64,000 bases of DNA, from positions 1-64,000 of IMG/VR virus record IMGVR_UViG_3300008267_000009. One strand, 5' to 3'. The stretch's first letter is position 1. The number at the start of each line of letters is the position of its first letter. The notes beneath the pieces are model-generated. The model did not search any database. It had not been told where the DNA came from and worked only from the letters and a program-made list of their open reading frames with translations. Below, piece by piece: positions 36,707 to 47,112 of the stretch. Origin of the DNA: a virus. Position numbers and translations under genes: made by a program.

Positions 36707-36735
36707 TTGCCTTTGGGTCGTTTATCCACTACAAT
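36707..36735 (+). promoter_or_regulatory. Promoter for major tail gene
   Basis: TTGCCT-17nt-TACAAT. Confidence 0.55.
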
Positions 36736-36804
36736 TAGACAAGAGGAACGGCCTAGCCAGCCACAAAAACTTAATATTATGTTTAAAAAACAGGAGGTAT
36801 AACA

Positions 36805-37518
36805 ATGGCATTTAATAATGCAAAGAATATTCTTGTTGGTGCATCACCACTATATGTATCAGTCAAGGATTCAACAGATCCATCATACGTTGAAAATATT
36901 CTAGATTCAGGTTCAGGAGTTTCATTTGCTCCAAGAACATCAGCCGCAACTACACTTGCAGCATCTAATCTAGTTCGTAACGTTGGTTTCACCAACAATG
37001 GTCTTCAGATCACTTACAACCCAACATATGATTCAGTAACAGTAGATCAGCTTCTTGATACAGCTAAGCTTTTCAAGTCAGCGATGGAAGTTATGATTGC
37101 AACCGAAATGTCTGAAGGAACACTTGCAAACGTTCTTTTGGTATTCGGACAGGGAGCTTCAACTCTCACAAAGGATAACGTAGCATCAACAGATGCATAC
37201 CCTACAAAGGGCGCAACAGGTGCAGACGATAAGTCTCTAACACTTGGCCTTGAGGCTGGAGCACTTGGTGTTCAGCCAACAGAGCGTCAGTTGTTTGCAG
37301 TTGGTCAAGCACCAACTCTTGCAAAGGGTGCATCGGCAGAAGTAGCAGCAACAACAGAGCGTGTATATTATGCACGTCGTGTTCTTTCTGTACAACAGTC
37401 ACAGTTCTCACTAGCACGTAATACACCAACAACTTTCCCAGTAACATTCCGTCTGCTTCCAGACGCTAATTACACTGGTTCAGAATATGGTAAGATTATT
37501 GACCGAGTTCTTGCGTAA
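36805..37518 (+). CDS. Major tail protein
   Basis: NILVGA, VGFTNNGL...Y.P....VDQ, FPVTFRLLP; AGGAGG RBS; terminator downstream. Confidence 0.82.
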   Translation: MAFNNAKNILVGASPLYVSVKDSTDPSYVENILDSGSGVSFAPRTSAATTLAASNLVRNVGFTNNGLQITYNPTYDSVTVDQLLDTAKLFKSAMEVMIATEMSEGTLANVLLVFGQGASTLTKDNVASTDAYPTKGATGADDKSLTLGLEAGALGVQPTERQLFAVGQAPTLAKGASAEVAATTERVYYARRVLSVQQSQFSLARNTPTTFPVTFRLLPDANYTGSEYGKIIDRVLA

Positions 37519-37532
37519 TTAATTTATTAATT

Positions 37533-37567
37533 AACAGGGCCCCCCAGAAATGGGGGGTCTTCTGTTT
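37533..37567 (+). terminator. Intrinsic terminator
   Basis: GGCCCCCCA-gaaa-TGGGGGGTC followed by TTCTGTTT. Confidence 0.75.
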
Positions 37568-37623
37568 GTGGTGATAATACCTATATGTTATAATAAATGA
37601 GACTAGATCCTAGGAGGATTAAA

Positions 37624-37956
37624 TTGGCAACAACAGTATATAATGTAGAAGAAATCACCTTACAAAATGGTGCCGTAGTAAAACTTAAGCCTTTAACAAT
37701 TAAAGAGCTTAGAAAGTTTATGCAAGCCATCCAAAGAACTGGTGAAGCAACAACAGAAGATGAAACTCTAGATATTTTAATTGATGCAGTAGCAGTAGCA
37801 CTAGAAAAGCAGCAACCAGAACTCGTAGCAAATAGAGACGCATTAGAAGATGCTCTTGACGTTCCAACCATCAACCGCATACTTGAAGTATGTGGTGGTA
37901 TTAAGTTGGACGACCCAAACCTACTAGCGGCAGCGGTTCTGGCTGGTCAGAACTAG
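37624..37956 (+). CDS. Tail assembly chaperone
   Basis: TTG at 37624 after AGGAGG; position between major tail and tape measure genes. Confidence 0.8.
   Translation: MATTVYNVEEITLQNGAVVKLKPLTIKELRKFMQAIQRTGEATTEDETLDILIDAVAVALEKQQPELVANRDALEDALDVPTINRILEVCGGIKLDDPNLLAAAVLAGQN
37914..37920 (+). other. Programmed -1 ribosomal frameshift site
   Basis: C CCA AAC (X XXY YYZ) in chaperone frame; -1 frame open from 37920 to 38285. Confidence 0.75.
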
Positions 37957-38285
37957 ACTTAGCCGCTTTATTAGGAGAAGTTTTTCTTTTAGGTCATTGG
38001 AAAAATTACGAAGAACTAGAAGAAAGTCTTTCAATGCCAGAGTTATTGCAAACATTGAAATCTATTAAAAAGAAAGAGTCGGAGGAAAGAAAGTTTCTTG
38101 CAGGAATGCAAGGTATCGATCTTAACATCGAAGAAGAAAAAAACGAAGGTCCTACCTTTGAAGATGTCAGAAGAAAAGCATTAGGAATTGAAGCAGACGG
38201 ATCTGACATAGTTTCACTACAAGGACAATTTGCTGCAGAAGCAGGATTTGGAATTGGAGCAGGTTTAGGATATTCTAAGGAGTAA
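37920..38285 (+). CDS. Tail assembly chaperone, frameshifted C-terminal extension
   Basis: PTSGSGSGWSELDLAALLGEVFLLGHWKNYEELEESLSMPELL... continuous with ORF 38034..38285. Confidence 0.72.
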   Translation, partial: PTSGSGSGWSELDLAALLGEVFLLGHWKNYEELEESLSMPELLQTLKSIKKKESEERKFLAGMQGIDLNIEEEKNEGPTFEDVRRKALGIEADGSDIVSLQGQFAAEAGFGIGAGLGYSKE

Positions 38286-38288
38286 TAA

Positions 38289-41200
38289 ATGGCTGATGAA
38301 CAAGTAAGAACCCGAATTACCGCAGATGCGGATTTTTCGGGACTCATTGCAGATGTTCATAAAGTAACCGCATCCCTATCTAAACTGCAAGAAAAAATTG
38401 CATCATCAAACAAGATGTTTGCAAATCAAATTGCAGTAATGAATAGGTCCTTTTCGGACACTTTAAGAAGCACAGGCCAATTTTCAACACACTTTGTAAG
38501 CTTAAATTCTGATGTAGAAAAATTTGGAAAAAATTTAGATTCAGGACAGCTTAAGTTAAATCAATATTATAAGACTATGCAAAATCACGCCAAAACATCT
38601 GGCGGACTTATTAGAGATCTTGCAAAACAACAAGTAGCATTGCAAAACGCAATTATACAGCCTCTGGGAAGAAATGCTCAGGGGCTAATGCAATTTAACG
38701 TACAGGTGCCTAGAGGCCTTGACGAAGTAAAAAATAAAACTGCAATTGCAAGACAAGAACTTCAGATTATGAATAAAGTTGTTCAGCAGGGCGCTGGTCA
38801 ACTTATTAACTGGGGTAAAAATACACAGTGGGCAGGTCGTCAGTTAACTGTAGGTCTTACACTTCCTCTAGCAGCATTTGGAAAAGCTGCAGCAGATGCT
38901 TTTAGAACGGCAGATGCAGAGTTAACAAGACTTGTAAAGGTTTATGGAGATACTGCTGGAACTACAACAGAAGAATTAGGTAAGGTAAGACAAGAGGTTG
39001 AGGCAACAGCTAAAGCTTTATCTCAAAATTTAGGTGCGTCATATAGAGAAACTTTAGCGCTAGGCGCAGATATTGCAGCAACAGGAAAAACTGGACAGGA
39101 GCTTATTGCTTCAATCGAAGAAACAACTAGACTTGCAGTGCTTGGAGAAGTTGATAGAGCAGAAGCAATGAAAGCAACATTAGCAATTCAATCTGCATTT
39201 AAACAAAATACAGATCAACTATCAGAATCAATTAACTTTTTAAACGCAGTTGAAAACCAAACATCAACAAGTCTAAATGATTTGGTGGAAGCAATTCCAA
39301 AGGCTGGACCAGTAATTCAAGGTTTAGGCGGAAGCGTAAAAGATTTAGCTCTTTATTTAACAGCTATGCGTGAAGGTGGAATTAATGCATCTGAAGGTGC
39401 TAACGCACTAAAATCAGGTCTTGCATCTTTAATTAACCCTACAGATAAAGCTGTAGAACAATTTAAGGGATTTGGAATAGATCTTTTAGGAATTGTAAAT
39501 GACAATGCTGGAAGCACCACAGATACCTTACTTGCTTTGCAAGCAGCATTAGATCAGCTTGATCCATTAAAAAAGCAACAAGCAATTGAAAATTTATTTG
39601 GTAAATTCCAGTTTTCTAGAATGAATGCCCTATTTGAAAATCTAGGAAAACAAGGAAGCCAGACACTACAAGTTTTAGACTTAATGAAAGCAAGCACAGG
39701 CGATTTGGGAGCATTGGCTGATCGAGAATTAAAGGCTGTTACAGAATCTGCTTCTGGAAGATATAATAGAGCTGTAGAAGGATTAAAGGCTGAGTTGGCC
39801 ACAGTAGGAAATCAATTTTTAGCAATTAACACAACATTAATTAATGTTGTTACAAAAATATTAGAATTTGTAGATAATTTACCTAAGCCATTAAAACAAG
39901 TACTAACATTATTTGGAGGGCTAACAGCTGTAGCTGGACCACTTATTATGTTAACTGGTGTACTTGCAAACTTCTTTGGATATATAGTAAAGGGTGTATT
40001 CCATATGAAGGCTCTGTTTAAAGGCGGAGAAGGATGGAAATATTTAACTCCAGAAATTTTAGCAGCAGAAAAAGCTGGAAGTTTAATTGAACAAACTCTT
40101 TATAGCGATGCTAAAGCAGCAGGAGTTTTACAGCTAGCATTAAGAAATCTTATTGATGAGTTTAGTGTTCTAGAAGCAAAAGCAGCAACTGGTTCAATAT
40201 CTGTAGCCCCAGCAGTTAACACTATGGCTGGAAATTTAGTTCAACGAGCAGGCGCAGGAGCAAGAGTAGTTGATAAAAATCACCCACTTGTAGGACCAGC
40301 TTATTCAAGGGCAAGTTCTCACATGAATCCTCGTGGAGTTATGTCAACAACAGAAAGACTTAATCAAACAATGTTCGGCATGGTTCCTGGATCTATTCCA
40401 GTAAATCAAAGAATTGGTCAGAACCCACAAATTTATGCAGAGTCAGAATTACCAAATATACCAGGACTTACAAGAGTTAATGGAGCATCTACTGGCATAG
40501 TCGCCTCTGAAGCTGGAAAATGGCATGCAATGATGGCGACATTAGGCATGCAGTCAAAAGCAGAAATTGCTGCACTTAAAAAATCTATTGCTACTACTGG
40601 ATTAGCAAGCGCAGAATTTATGCAAGTGTTTGACGATGTTTTGCCAGCAGTTCAAGCTATTACTAAAAATGCAGCAATTGAGTCAAGAGCAATCATAGCA
40701 CAACTTGAAGCAGGAGCAATGAATGTTCAACAGGCTAGAGCAGAAATTATGGCACTAAACTCTAGGACAGAAGCTCTTATTGCAGAAACAACTATGGCAC
40801 AAGCAAAGGGAATGGGTAGGACTTTAAATCCAACTGTAATTCCTACATTAAATCAGCCAGTTGTAACGGCTACTGGTAAGTCTAATATGCGTGAGCTTTT
40901 TAAGAAAAGCAAAACAAAAAACTTTATTGATAGTATTGCTAGAAATTTAGGAGTAAGAACATCAGGTGCTGGTTATAATATAGAGACTACTAAGCCAAAA
41001 AATTTCAATGATGGTGGATATGTATATACAGCAAATGATGGAAGCATAGTTCCTGGGCCAAACATAAATGCAGATGTTGTTCCAGCAATGCTTACACCAG
41101 GAGAATTCGTTGTAAATGCTCAGGCAACAAAACAAAACCTACCATTGCTTATGGCTATTAATGGTGGCGCTGGAGGAACAGGTCCAAACTTTAATGGCGG

Positions 41201-44200
41201 AGGAACAGCCACAGATCTAGATTTATACAGACAAATATTGTCTATTGAAGAAAGATATGCAACATCTCCAAACTGGGGAGATGAGGCTAGATTTAGAGCT
41301 ATAATGAATAATGCTAGCGCACTAGTGCCTCTTGGCGTAGATCCGTCAGATGCAATTGCTATGGCAACAGCGGACGTAGATACTGCTTTAAGAAATTCTT
41401 TTAGAAAAGATTTACGTGGCGGGCAAGGTGAGATTGATAGAAGATTATTTAAAGAGCAAGCAAGAAAAGTAACTCAAGCTAGACACAGATATATTAAACA
41501 AAAATATGGAAGATCATTGCTTACAAAAAATGCTGGCGGTCTGCAGGCTTTGTCTGCAAAACAAGCAAATCAAGATTCTGTAAAACTTTTAAGATTACTA
41601 GAAGCATCAGATCCAAAAATGGCGGCAAGGGTTTTCCCTAGATTATTCCCAGACGTAGACCCTTCTAAAATTAGACTATCAGATTTAACAAGTAGAAATC
41701 TTTTTGAATCAGAACACGTTTCTCCAAAAGACAAGTCTGGCTTTAGAAACTGGGGATATAATGCTGCAGGTAATTATATGCAGGCAATTGCTGGCGAGTC
41801 TAATATTAATAGATTGCACAACACTCTTGGAAATAGAGGCCTTGTTCCAAATGCCGTGCCGTTAACAACATCATCTGCAGAATCAGTGCAGAAACAAATG
41901 AGAGCTAAGCGTGGAAATATATCTTATCCAAAAGCAGTTTCAATGTCTCCTTCTAGAAGTACCAGAATTGCTAAAGCAATAATTGGTGCATCTTCAAGAA
42001 GAAGATTATTTAGTATGGCTTCTGCTGGCGGAATGAATAAGGGCGGAATGGTTTATGCAAACAAGGGAGGAATAATACCTTCATTAAGATCTGGATTTAG
42101 CGAGGGACGTGCTGGAAAATCTGGAGGAGAGCCTTCCGAAATGGGAGGAATGGGACAATTTGGTTTAGGTATGGGCTTGCAAATGGCTGGCATGTATACT
42201 GGAGGAAGCCTTGGAACTGGAATGATGGCTTCAGGAACTGCTCTTCAAATGTTGCCTATGTTACAAATGCTAAAGCCAGCAATGGGACAATTAAAAAATA
42301 TTACTGGGGCAGTAAGTTTATTTGGAAGAATTGCTGGATCAGCGTTTAGAATAGCTGGAGCAGCAGTAAAATTCTTTACTGGCCCTGTTGGACTAGCAAT
42401 AATTGCAGTAGGTGGTTTAGTTGCAGCATATAAATTAATTAAAAAAGAAATAGCAGAACAAAGAAGAGAAACAGCTTTGTTAAATGGAATAACAAAAGAA
42501 GGCGCAAAAGAAGCTGGAATATCTTATGAAACAATGACAGAAAAGCTAAAGCGTGTTAACGCTGAACTAAAGCTTCAAAGAGAAAAAGGATTGCTTGCCT
42601 ATGAAGCAACAACAAATTCTGGAGTATCTGGATTAACATTAACAATTGCAGAGTTAAAAAAGCTTAAAGAAACTGCAAAAGAAACTATGCCTACGCTGTA
42701 TGCAACATTTAATAACATTGATTCTTCTAAGGTAAATGATTTAGCTGCTAACCTAAAAGCACAATTTGTTGCAGGCGGAATGAGTGCACAAGACGCTACA
42801 AATAAAATTTATGCATTAATTGAGGCATCTAATAAGGCTGGTCAAGGATTTAATGCAATAGCTCAAAAGGGTTTTCAGCAAATTGTAGATAAAGGGTCTG
42901 CAGCATCCTTTACTATAGAAACATTAAAGGGAAATATTTTAGATTTTGAAAAAGGAATTAGAGACGTAGATTCTGCAGCTTTCTCTGGCAATGTTGATTC
43001 AGTTATTAATTCTTTAGAAGGAGCAGTAAATGCTTTAGTTGGAACAAGAGATGCTAGTGGGCAAAAAATAACAGAAGCTCAAGCATTAGTTATGCAATAC
43101 GAAAAGCTTAATACTCTAGGGGTAAAAAATCTTCAAATTGGAGAAACCGCTCTAAATAATTTAAAGAAAGAAAATCCTTTGCTAGCAAGCATATTAAAGT
43201 CAACGGATACTGTTGGAGGAATGTGGGCAAAGGTAAGATTACAGACTGCTGGAGTTAATGTTAATTTAAAAAACATGAGCTCTGAACTAGCAATATCTCT
43301 TTCTCTTTACCAAGATGCTTTAGAGCAAGCAGGCGATCAAATAGAATCTGGAGAAGTTGTTTCAGATGCATTAGGAAAAGCAGCAGCGGGATCCAAAAAA
43401 CTTGGCGAAGAAATTAAAAAGAATTCTGATATTCTTAAAAAGGCAGAAGATGCTCAAATAGGAATGGATAGGGCAGCTATTAAAAGAATTAATGACAAGA
43501 TTGCTGCAATAAGAAAAGAGGCAGATGCAAAAAAGAAAGCAATGTCAGATGCCCTTGAATCAGAAAATACAGAATTAGAGTTACAAAAACTTCAATTAGA
43601 AGCACAGGCTCAACTAGCTCGTGGAGACAGAGATGGTTATGCACAGACACAGCTTGCTATTAAACAATTGGTAAATGAAACCCAAGCTAAAAAGGCTATG
43701 CAAAAAGTTGATGAACTTGCTCAAAAAGAAGAAGACAAGTGGAGAAAGAAGCTAGATGACGATCAAGAAAAGAAAGATAGACAAGGTGATAAGGTTGATG
43801 CTGCAAATAAAGGAAACAATAGAGCGGTAGAGACAAAAGCCAAGGTAGACGAGTACCTTGCAAAGCTTACAGCTCTTGCACAAAGAATGTCTAATGCTCA
43901 AAGATTAAAAGATCCAACAAGAAGAAAAGAATCTGTAGATGCTGTAACTGGAGAAAAAAATCTTTTAATTGAAAATCTTGGCAAAGAGTCTAAAGAAGTA
44001 AGAGAATTTTTTAGCAATTATGTTGACCCTTCAACTGGTAAAAAATTAAAGGGTGTTGCTAAGTGGGGTGGCGGAGCAGATTCTGAATTTAATAAGCTTG
44101 TTCAAGAAATGGAAAAACAGGCTGGCACCAACTATGACAAGATGGTTAAAGACCTTGGTGGGGGTTCAACTTTAAATGACGTTGTAAGAGCAATGGGTGG

Positions 44201-44759
44201 TAAAGCTCCAGTAACAAGAAACATTACAGCCGATAATTTAAGTTCTATTTTAAAGGGTTCAGAAAAACTTAGCGACTTGTTTAAAAAGAATGGTGACCTT
44301 ACAGACATAGCTAGAACAAGACTTATAAATAAATTTAAGTTAAAGCAAGATGATGTCTTTAGATATGGGGAAGATGAATATAGAGTCACAATAGGAGAAG
44401 ATGCTATTCTTCATGATGCTAAGGCTGTAAAAAGAGCTGGCGGAGGAAGATTTACCCCTGGACAAACATATACCATAAATGATGGAATGAAAACAGAAGG
44501 TATTAGGTTTGATATGCCTGGAACCATATATCCTAATATTAACACTTCTCCAAGATATAATATTCCTTCAAATAGCATAAATGGAATGAGCGGCGTATCA
44601 AATAATGCATCTTCTTCAAATTGTGTGTATAATGTTAACATAGCTCTCAACGGAACAAATGTAAGCGTTGATGAGGTTGTAATGAGATTTAAGCAAGAGC
44701 TTTCAAGAATGGGAGCTAAAGAGGGAAGAATTAAAACAATTGGAGCTGGTGTAGTATGA
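38289..44759 (+). CDS. Tape measure protein
   Basis: 2156 aa, Ala/Gly-rich helical; TP901-type core; follows chaperones. Confidence 0.93.
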   Translation: MADEQVRTRITADADFSGLIADVHKVTASLSKLQEKIASSNKMFANQIAVMNRSFSDTLRSTGQFSTHFVSLNSDVEKFGKNLDSGQLKLNQYYKTMQNHAKTSGGLIRDLAKQQVALQNAIIQPLGRNAQGLMQFNVQVPRGLDEVKNKTAIARQELQIMNKVVQQGAGQLINWGKNTQWAGRQLTVGLTLPLAAFGKAAADAFRTADAELTRLVKVYGDTAGTTTEELGKVRQEVEATAKALSQNLGASYRETLALGADIAATGKTGQELIASIEETTRLAVLGEVDRAEAMKATLAIQSAFKQNTDQLSESINFLNAVENQTSTSLNDLVEAIPKAGPVIQGLGGSVKDLALYLTAMREGGINASEGANALKSGLASLINPTDKAVEQFKGFGIDLLGIVNDNAGSTTDTLLALQAALDQLDPLKKQQAIENLFGKFQFSRMNALFENLGKQGSQTLQVLDLMKASTGDLGALADRELKAVTESASGRYNRAVEGLKAELATVGNQFLAINTTLINVVTKILEFVDNLPKPLKQVLTLFGGLTAVAGPLIMLTGVLANFFGYIVKGVFHMKALFKGGEGWKYLTPEILAAEKAGSLIEQTLYSDAKAAGVLQLALRNLIDEFSVLEAKAATGSISVAPAVNTMAGNLVQRAGAGARVVDKNHPLVGPAYSRASSHMNPRGVMSTTERLNQTMFGMVPGSIPVNQRIGQNPQIYAESELPNIPGLTRVNGASTGIVASEAGKWHAMMATLGMQSKAEIAALKKSIATTGLASAEFMQVFDDVLPAVQAITKNAAIESRAIIAQLEAGAMNVQQARAEIMALNSRTEALIAETTMAQAKGMGRTLNPTVIPTLNQPVVTATGKSNMRELFKKSKTKNFIDSIARNLGVRTSGAGYNIETTKPKNFNDGGYVYTANDGSIVPGPNINADVVPAMLTPGEFVVNAQATKQNLPLLMAINGGAGGTGPNFNGGGTATDLDLYRQILSIEERYATSPNWGDEARFRAIMNNASALVPLGVDPSDAIAMATADVDTALRNSFRKDLRGGQGEIDRRLFKEQARKVTQARHRYIKQKYGRSLLTKNAGGLQALSAKQANQDSVKLLRLLEASDPKMAARVFPRLFPDVDPSKIRLSDLTSRNLFESEHVSPKDKSGFRNWGYNAAGNYMQAIAGESNINRLHNTLGNRGLVPNAVPLTTSSAESVQKQMRAKRGNISYPKAVSMSPSRSTRIAKAIIGASSRRRLFSMASAGGMNKGGMVYANKGGIIPSLRSGFSEGRAGKSGGEPSEMGGMGQFGLGMGLQMAGMYTGGSLGTGMMASGTALQMLPMLQMLKPAMGQLKNITGAVSLFGRIAGSAFRIAGAAVKFFTGPVGLAIIAVGGLVAAYKLIKKEIAEQRRETALLNGITKEGAKEAGISYETMTEKLKRVNAELKLQREKGLLAYEATTNSGVSGLTLTIAELKKLKETAKETMPTLYATFNNIDSSKVNDLAANLKAQFVAGGMSAQDATNKIYALIEASNKAGQGFNAIAQKGFQQIVDKGSAASFTIETLKGNILDFEKGIRDVDSAAFSGNVDSVINSLEGAVNALVGTRDASGQKITEAQALVMQYEKLNTLGVKNLQIGETALNNLKKENPLLASILKSTDTVGGMWAKVRLQTAGVNVNLKNMSSELAISLSLYQDALEQAGDQIESGEVVSDALGKAAAGSKKLGEEIKKNSDILKKAEDAQIGMDRAAIKRINDKIAAIRKEADAKKKAMSDALESENTELELQKLQLEAQAQLARGDRDGYAQTQLAIKQLVNETQAKKAMQKVDELAQKEEDKWRKKLDDDQEKKDRQGDKVDAANKGNNRAVETKAKVDEYLAKLTALAQRMSNAQRLKDPTRRKESVDAVTGEKNLLIENLGKESKEVREFFSNYVDPSTGKKLKGVAKWGGGADSEFNKLVQEMEKQAGTNYDKMVKDLGGGSTLNDVVRAMGGKAPVTRNITADNLSSILKGSEKLSDLFKKNGDLTDIARTRLINKFKLKQDDVFRYGEDEYRVTIGEDAILHDAKAVKRAGGGRFTPGQTYTINDGMKTEGIRFDMPGTIYPNINTSPRYNIPSNSINGMSGVSNNASSSNCVYNVNIALNGTNVSVDEVVMRFKQELSRMGAKEGRIKTIGAGVV

Positions 44760-45229
44760 CAACAGTAAAGTTGCCTAGAGGATCAATATTACAAATAGAG
44801 GCAAAAGATTTATTGGCAACCCCTGCTGGCACCACTCTTATTTGGAATAAGGTTACAGAGCATAATAGATCTGAGTTTAATATGTCTATTGAAAGAATAG
44901 AAAAAGTTGTTAGAACATCAAATGGCACACTTAGAAAAAACCATATTGCTGATAAAAGAATTTTTTCTACATCTTGGGACATGCTTCCTTCATATAGAAC
45001 TTTTACTGTAGACGGAGCATGGGGAGCAGAAGACATTAGATCATTTTATTTATCTGATGCTGGAAAATCTCCATTTAATATTAGAATTAATTTAGCAAAA
45101 ACTGGATCAGATCAATCTTCTTCTGGATACGAATCAGCAACAGTAATGTTTAGCTCATGTAATTTTACACTTATTAAAAGAGGCTCCCAGCCTTTTTGGA
45201 ATGTTTCTCTGACATTGGATGAGGTATAA
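44756..45229 (+). CDS. Distal tail / minor tail protein
   Basis: Directly after tape measure gene; R.SNGTLRK. Confidence 0.6.
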   Translation: MTTVKLPRGSILQIEAKDLLATPAGTTLIWNKVTEHNRSEFNMSIERIEKVVRTSNGTLRKNHIADKRIFSTSWDMLPSYRTFTVDGAWGAEDIRSFYLSDAGKSPFNIRINLAKTGSDQSSSGYESATVMFSSCNFTLIKRGSQPFWNVSLTLDEV

Positions 45230-47112
45230 TGATATCTGCTCTGGAGTCTACTAAAACAAATATTAATCAAAGTGCTTCTTTAAGATTAAAGTCTGGCTGC
45301 ACATTTGAGTATAATATGAATAGATTAGTAGATAATATTGTTGCTTCTGGTACAGAGTATGTTGCCGCAGATGGAAGCAAACCATTTAAAAAATTGTTTC
45401 CAGTAGATTCAGTTATTAAACCAAATAGACCGCTATCGGCAGGAATTAAGTACGCAATTAGCGGAGACGTATCACAAAATAGTTATAGAAATCCTAAATC
45501 AATTTCTTACCCTATAAGCTATAGAACGTATTATCCTGGAGCAGATACACTATATAAATATTATATTTCTCCAAAAGGTTCTGGTCTTTCTGTTACATTA
45601 ACTTATCCAAAAACAATCTTAACAAATAAGATAGTGGCAAGGTTTGAGCTTGCTCATTCAACACCAGCAACATGGACAATATCTGGAAATGGATCAACTT
45701 TAGCAACTGGAACATCAGCAAGTATTGCAGCATTTGGAACTAGCAATGCAGGAACTTTAACAATATATTGGAACGGTACTTCATGGTCCACAACAGAGCC
45801 ATCAACTATATCTGCACCAGTTAGCCTTACAAGCATAGGAATTTCAACTCCTGGAGTTACAAATAAATATATTGGTCTCATAGAGCTCTGTCCAAAATGG
45901 GTAGTGGATGTTTCAGATAGAATAACAGAATTTTCAATGTCTAAAGAGTCTTCTACTGGAGCAGATGAAATTCTTCCAGTTGGAAAAATAACAGCAAACT
46001 CACTTTCGTTGTCCTTGGTTTCTTACGAAGATAATAGAGTTGTTCAGACATTTGATAAAACAAACAACTTTGATTCTTCAAAAATATACATATATAAACA
46101 AATTGAAGTTCATCCTTATATTAAAGTTTATCATTCTGGTGGAAATTTAACAGACTCAGAAGGATCTTATGAAAAGATAGAGCAAGGAGTTTTTTTCTGC
46201 GACAATTGGAGCACACAAGAATTTGGAGAAATAGAACTAGAGGCCCTTGATTCTGCCAAGCTTTTGCAAGAAACTATGTGCCCAAATATTGTTTGTGAAG
46301 GGTATTCTGTTCCTGGAATTATAAGAAGATTGTTAGATGCAGTAGGTTTTACGTCTTATAATATTAATCTTTTATCTACAGAAACTTCACCATTAAGTCC
46401 AAAATACTGGTGGTCGGATGACACAAAAACTGTATGGCAAGCGCTTCAAGAAATTTGTAGGGATGCACAAATTACAGGAGTTTGTGATGAAAACAATATA
46501 CTTCAATTTTACACTAGAGATTATATATTTAGCCCAACTAGACCAGTTGATTGGACGTTTAGATATGCTTCAGATGGCTTAAACTTAGCAAACATTTTGT
46601 CTTTAAATAAAACAGATCTTCCATCTGCAAACCAAATAAAGATTTTATGGAATAGCGTTACAACTAATCAATATGCTGGAGGATCTCAACAAATTTGGTC
46701 ATCTAGCAATAGTTTTATGGGAGCACTTTCTTTAGAACAAAATTTATTAACTACAGCAGGAACAGGTTCATTTGTTTCATTAAAAGCTGTAGAAACAAAT
46801 GAGTATGCAGCAAACCAAATACTTTTTGAATACAGTGGATATTTAGTTATTGATTCTGAAATTATAGAATATGATGCTGTTGAATATCAATATGAACAAG
46901 AAAATGGAAATAAAGTTTTAGTTATTGTTCAAAGCGATTCCGATGTGTTAAAGTTCCTAGGACTTGGTGCAATTGGTTCTGATAAATATATTAGAACTGG
47001 AAGAGTTAGAATTAAAACAAGAGGGGCATTTGGTACAACAATTGATAATCATTATGCTGCAGCGCAAGATATATTAGACTCCTGGTCGGGGTATGAGGTG
47101 AAGTGGGTATAA
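45229..47112 (+). CDS. Minor tail (baseplate hub-like) protein
   Basis: TVWQALQEI......DENNILQF, IDSEIIEYD, RGAFGT. Confidence 0.65.
   Translation: MISALESTKTNINQSASLRLKSGCTFEYNMNRLVDNIVASGTEYVAADGSKPFKKLFPVDSVIKPNRPLSAGIKYAISGDVSQNSYRNPKSISYPISYRTYYPGADTLYKYYISPKGSGLSVTLTYPKTILTNKIVARFELAHSTPATWTISGNGSTLATGTSASIAAFGTSNAGTLTIYWNGTSWSTTEPSTISAPVSLTSIGISTPGVTNKYIGLIELCPKWVVDVSDRITEFSMSKESSTGADEILPVGKITANSLSLSLVSYEDNRVVQTFDKTNNFDSSKIYIYKQIEVHPYIKVYHSGGNLTDSEGSYEKIEQGVFFCDNWSTQEFGEIELEALDSAKLLQETMCPNIVCEGYSVPGIIRRLLDAVGFTSYNINLLSTETSPLSPKYWWSDDTKTVWQALQEICRDAQITGVCDENNILQFYTRDYIFSPTRPVDWTFRYASDGLNLANILSLNKTDLPSANQIKILWNSVTTNQYAGGSQQIWSSSNSFMGALSLEQNLLTTAGTGSFVSLKAVETNEYAANQILFEYSGYLVIDSEIIEYDAVEYQYEQENGNKVLVIVQSDSDVLKFLGLGAIGSDKYIRTGRVRIKTRGAFGTTIDNHYAAAQDILDSWSGYEVKWV

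Noticed and set aside
36722-36730. DnaA-box-like TTATCCACT
   Set aside because: A single mismatched copy inside a promoter spacer, likely chance
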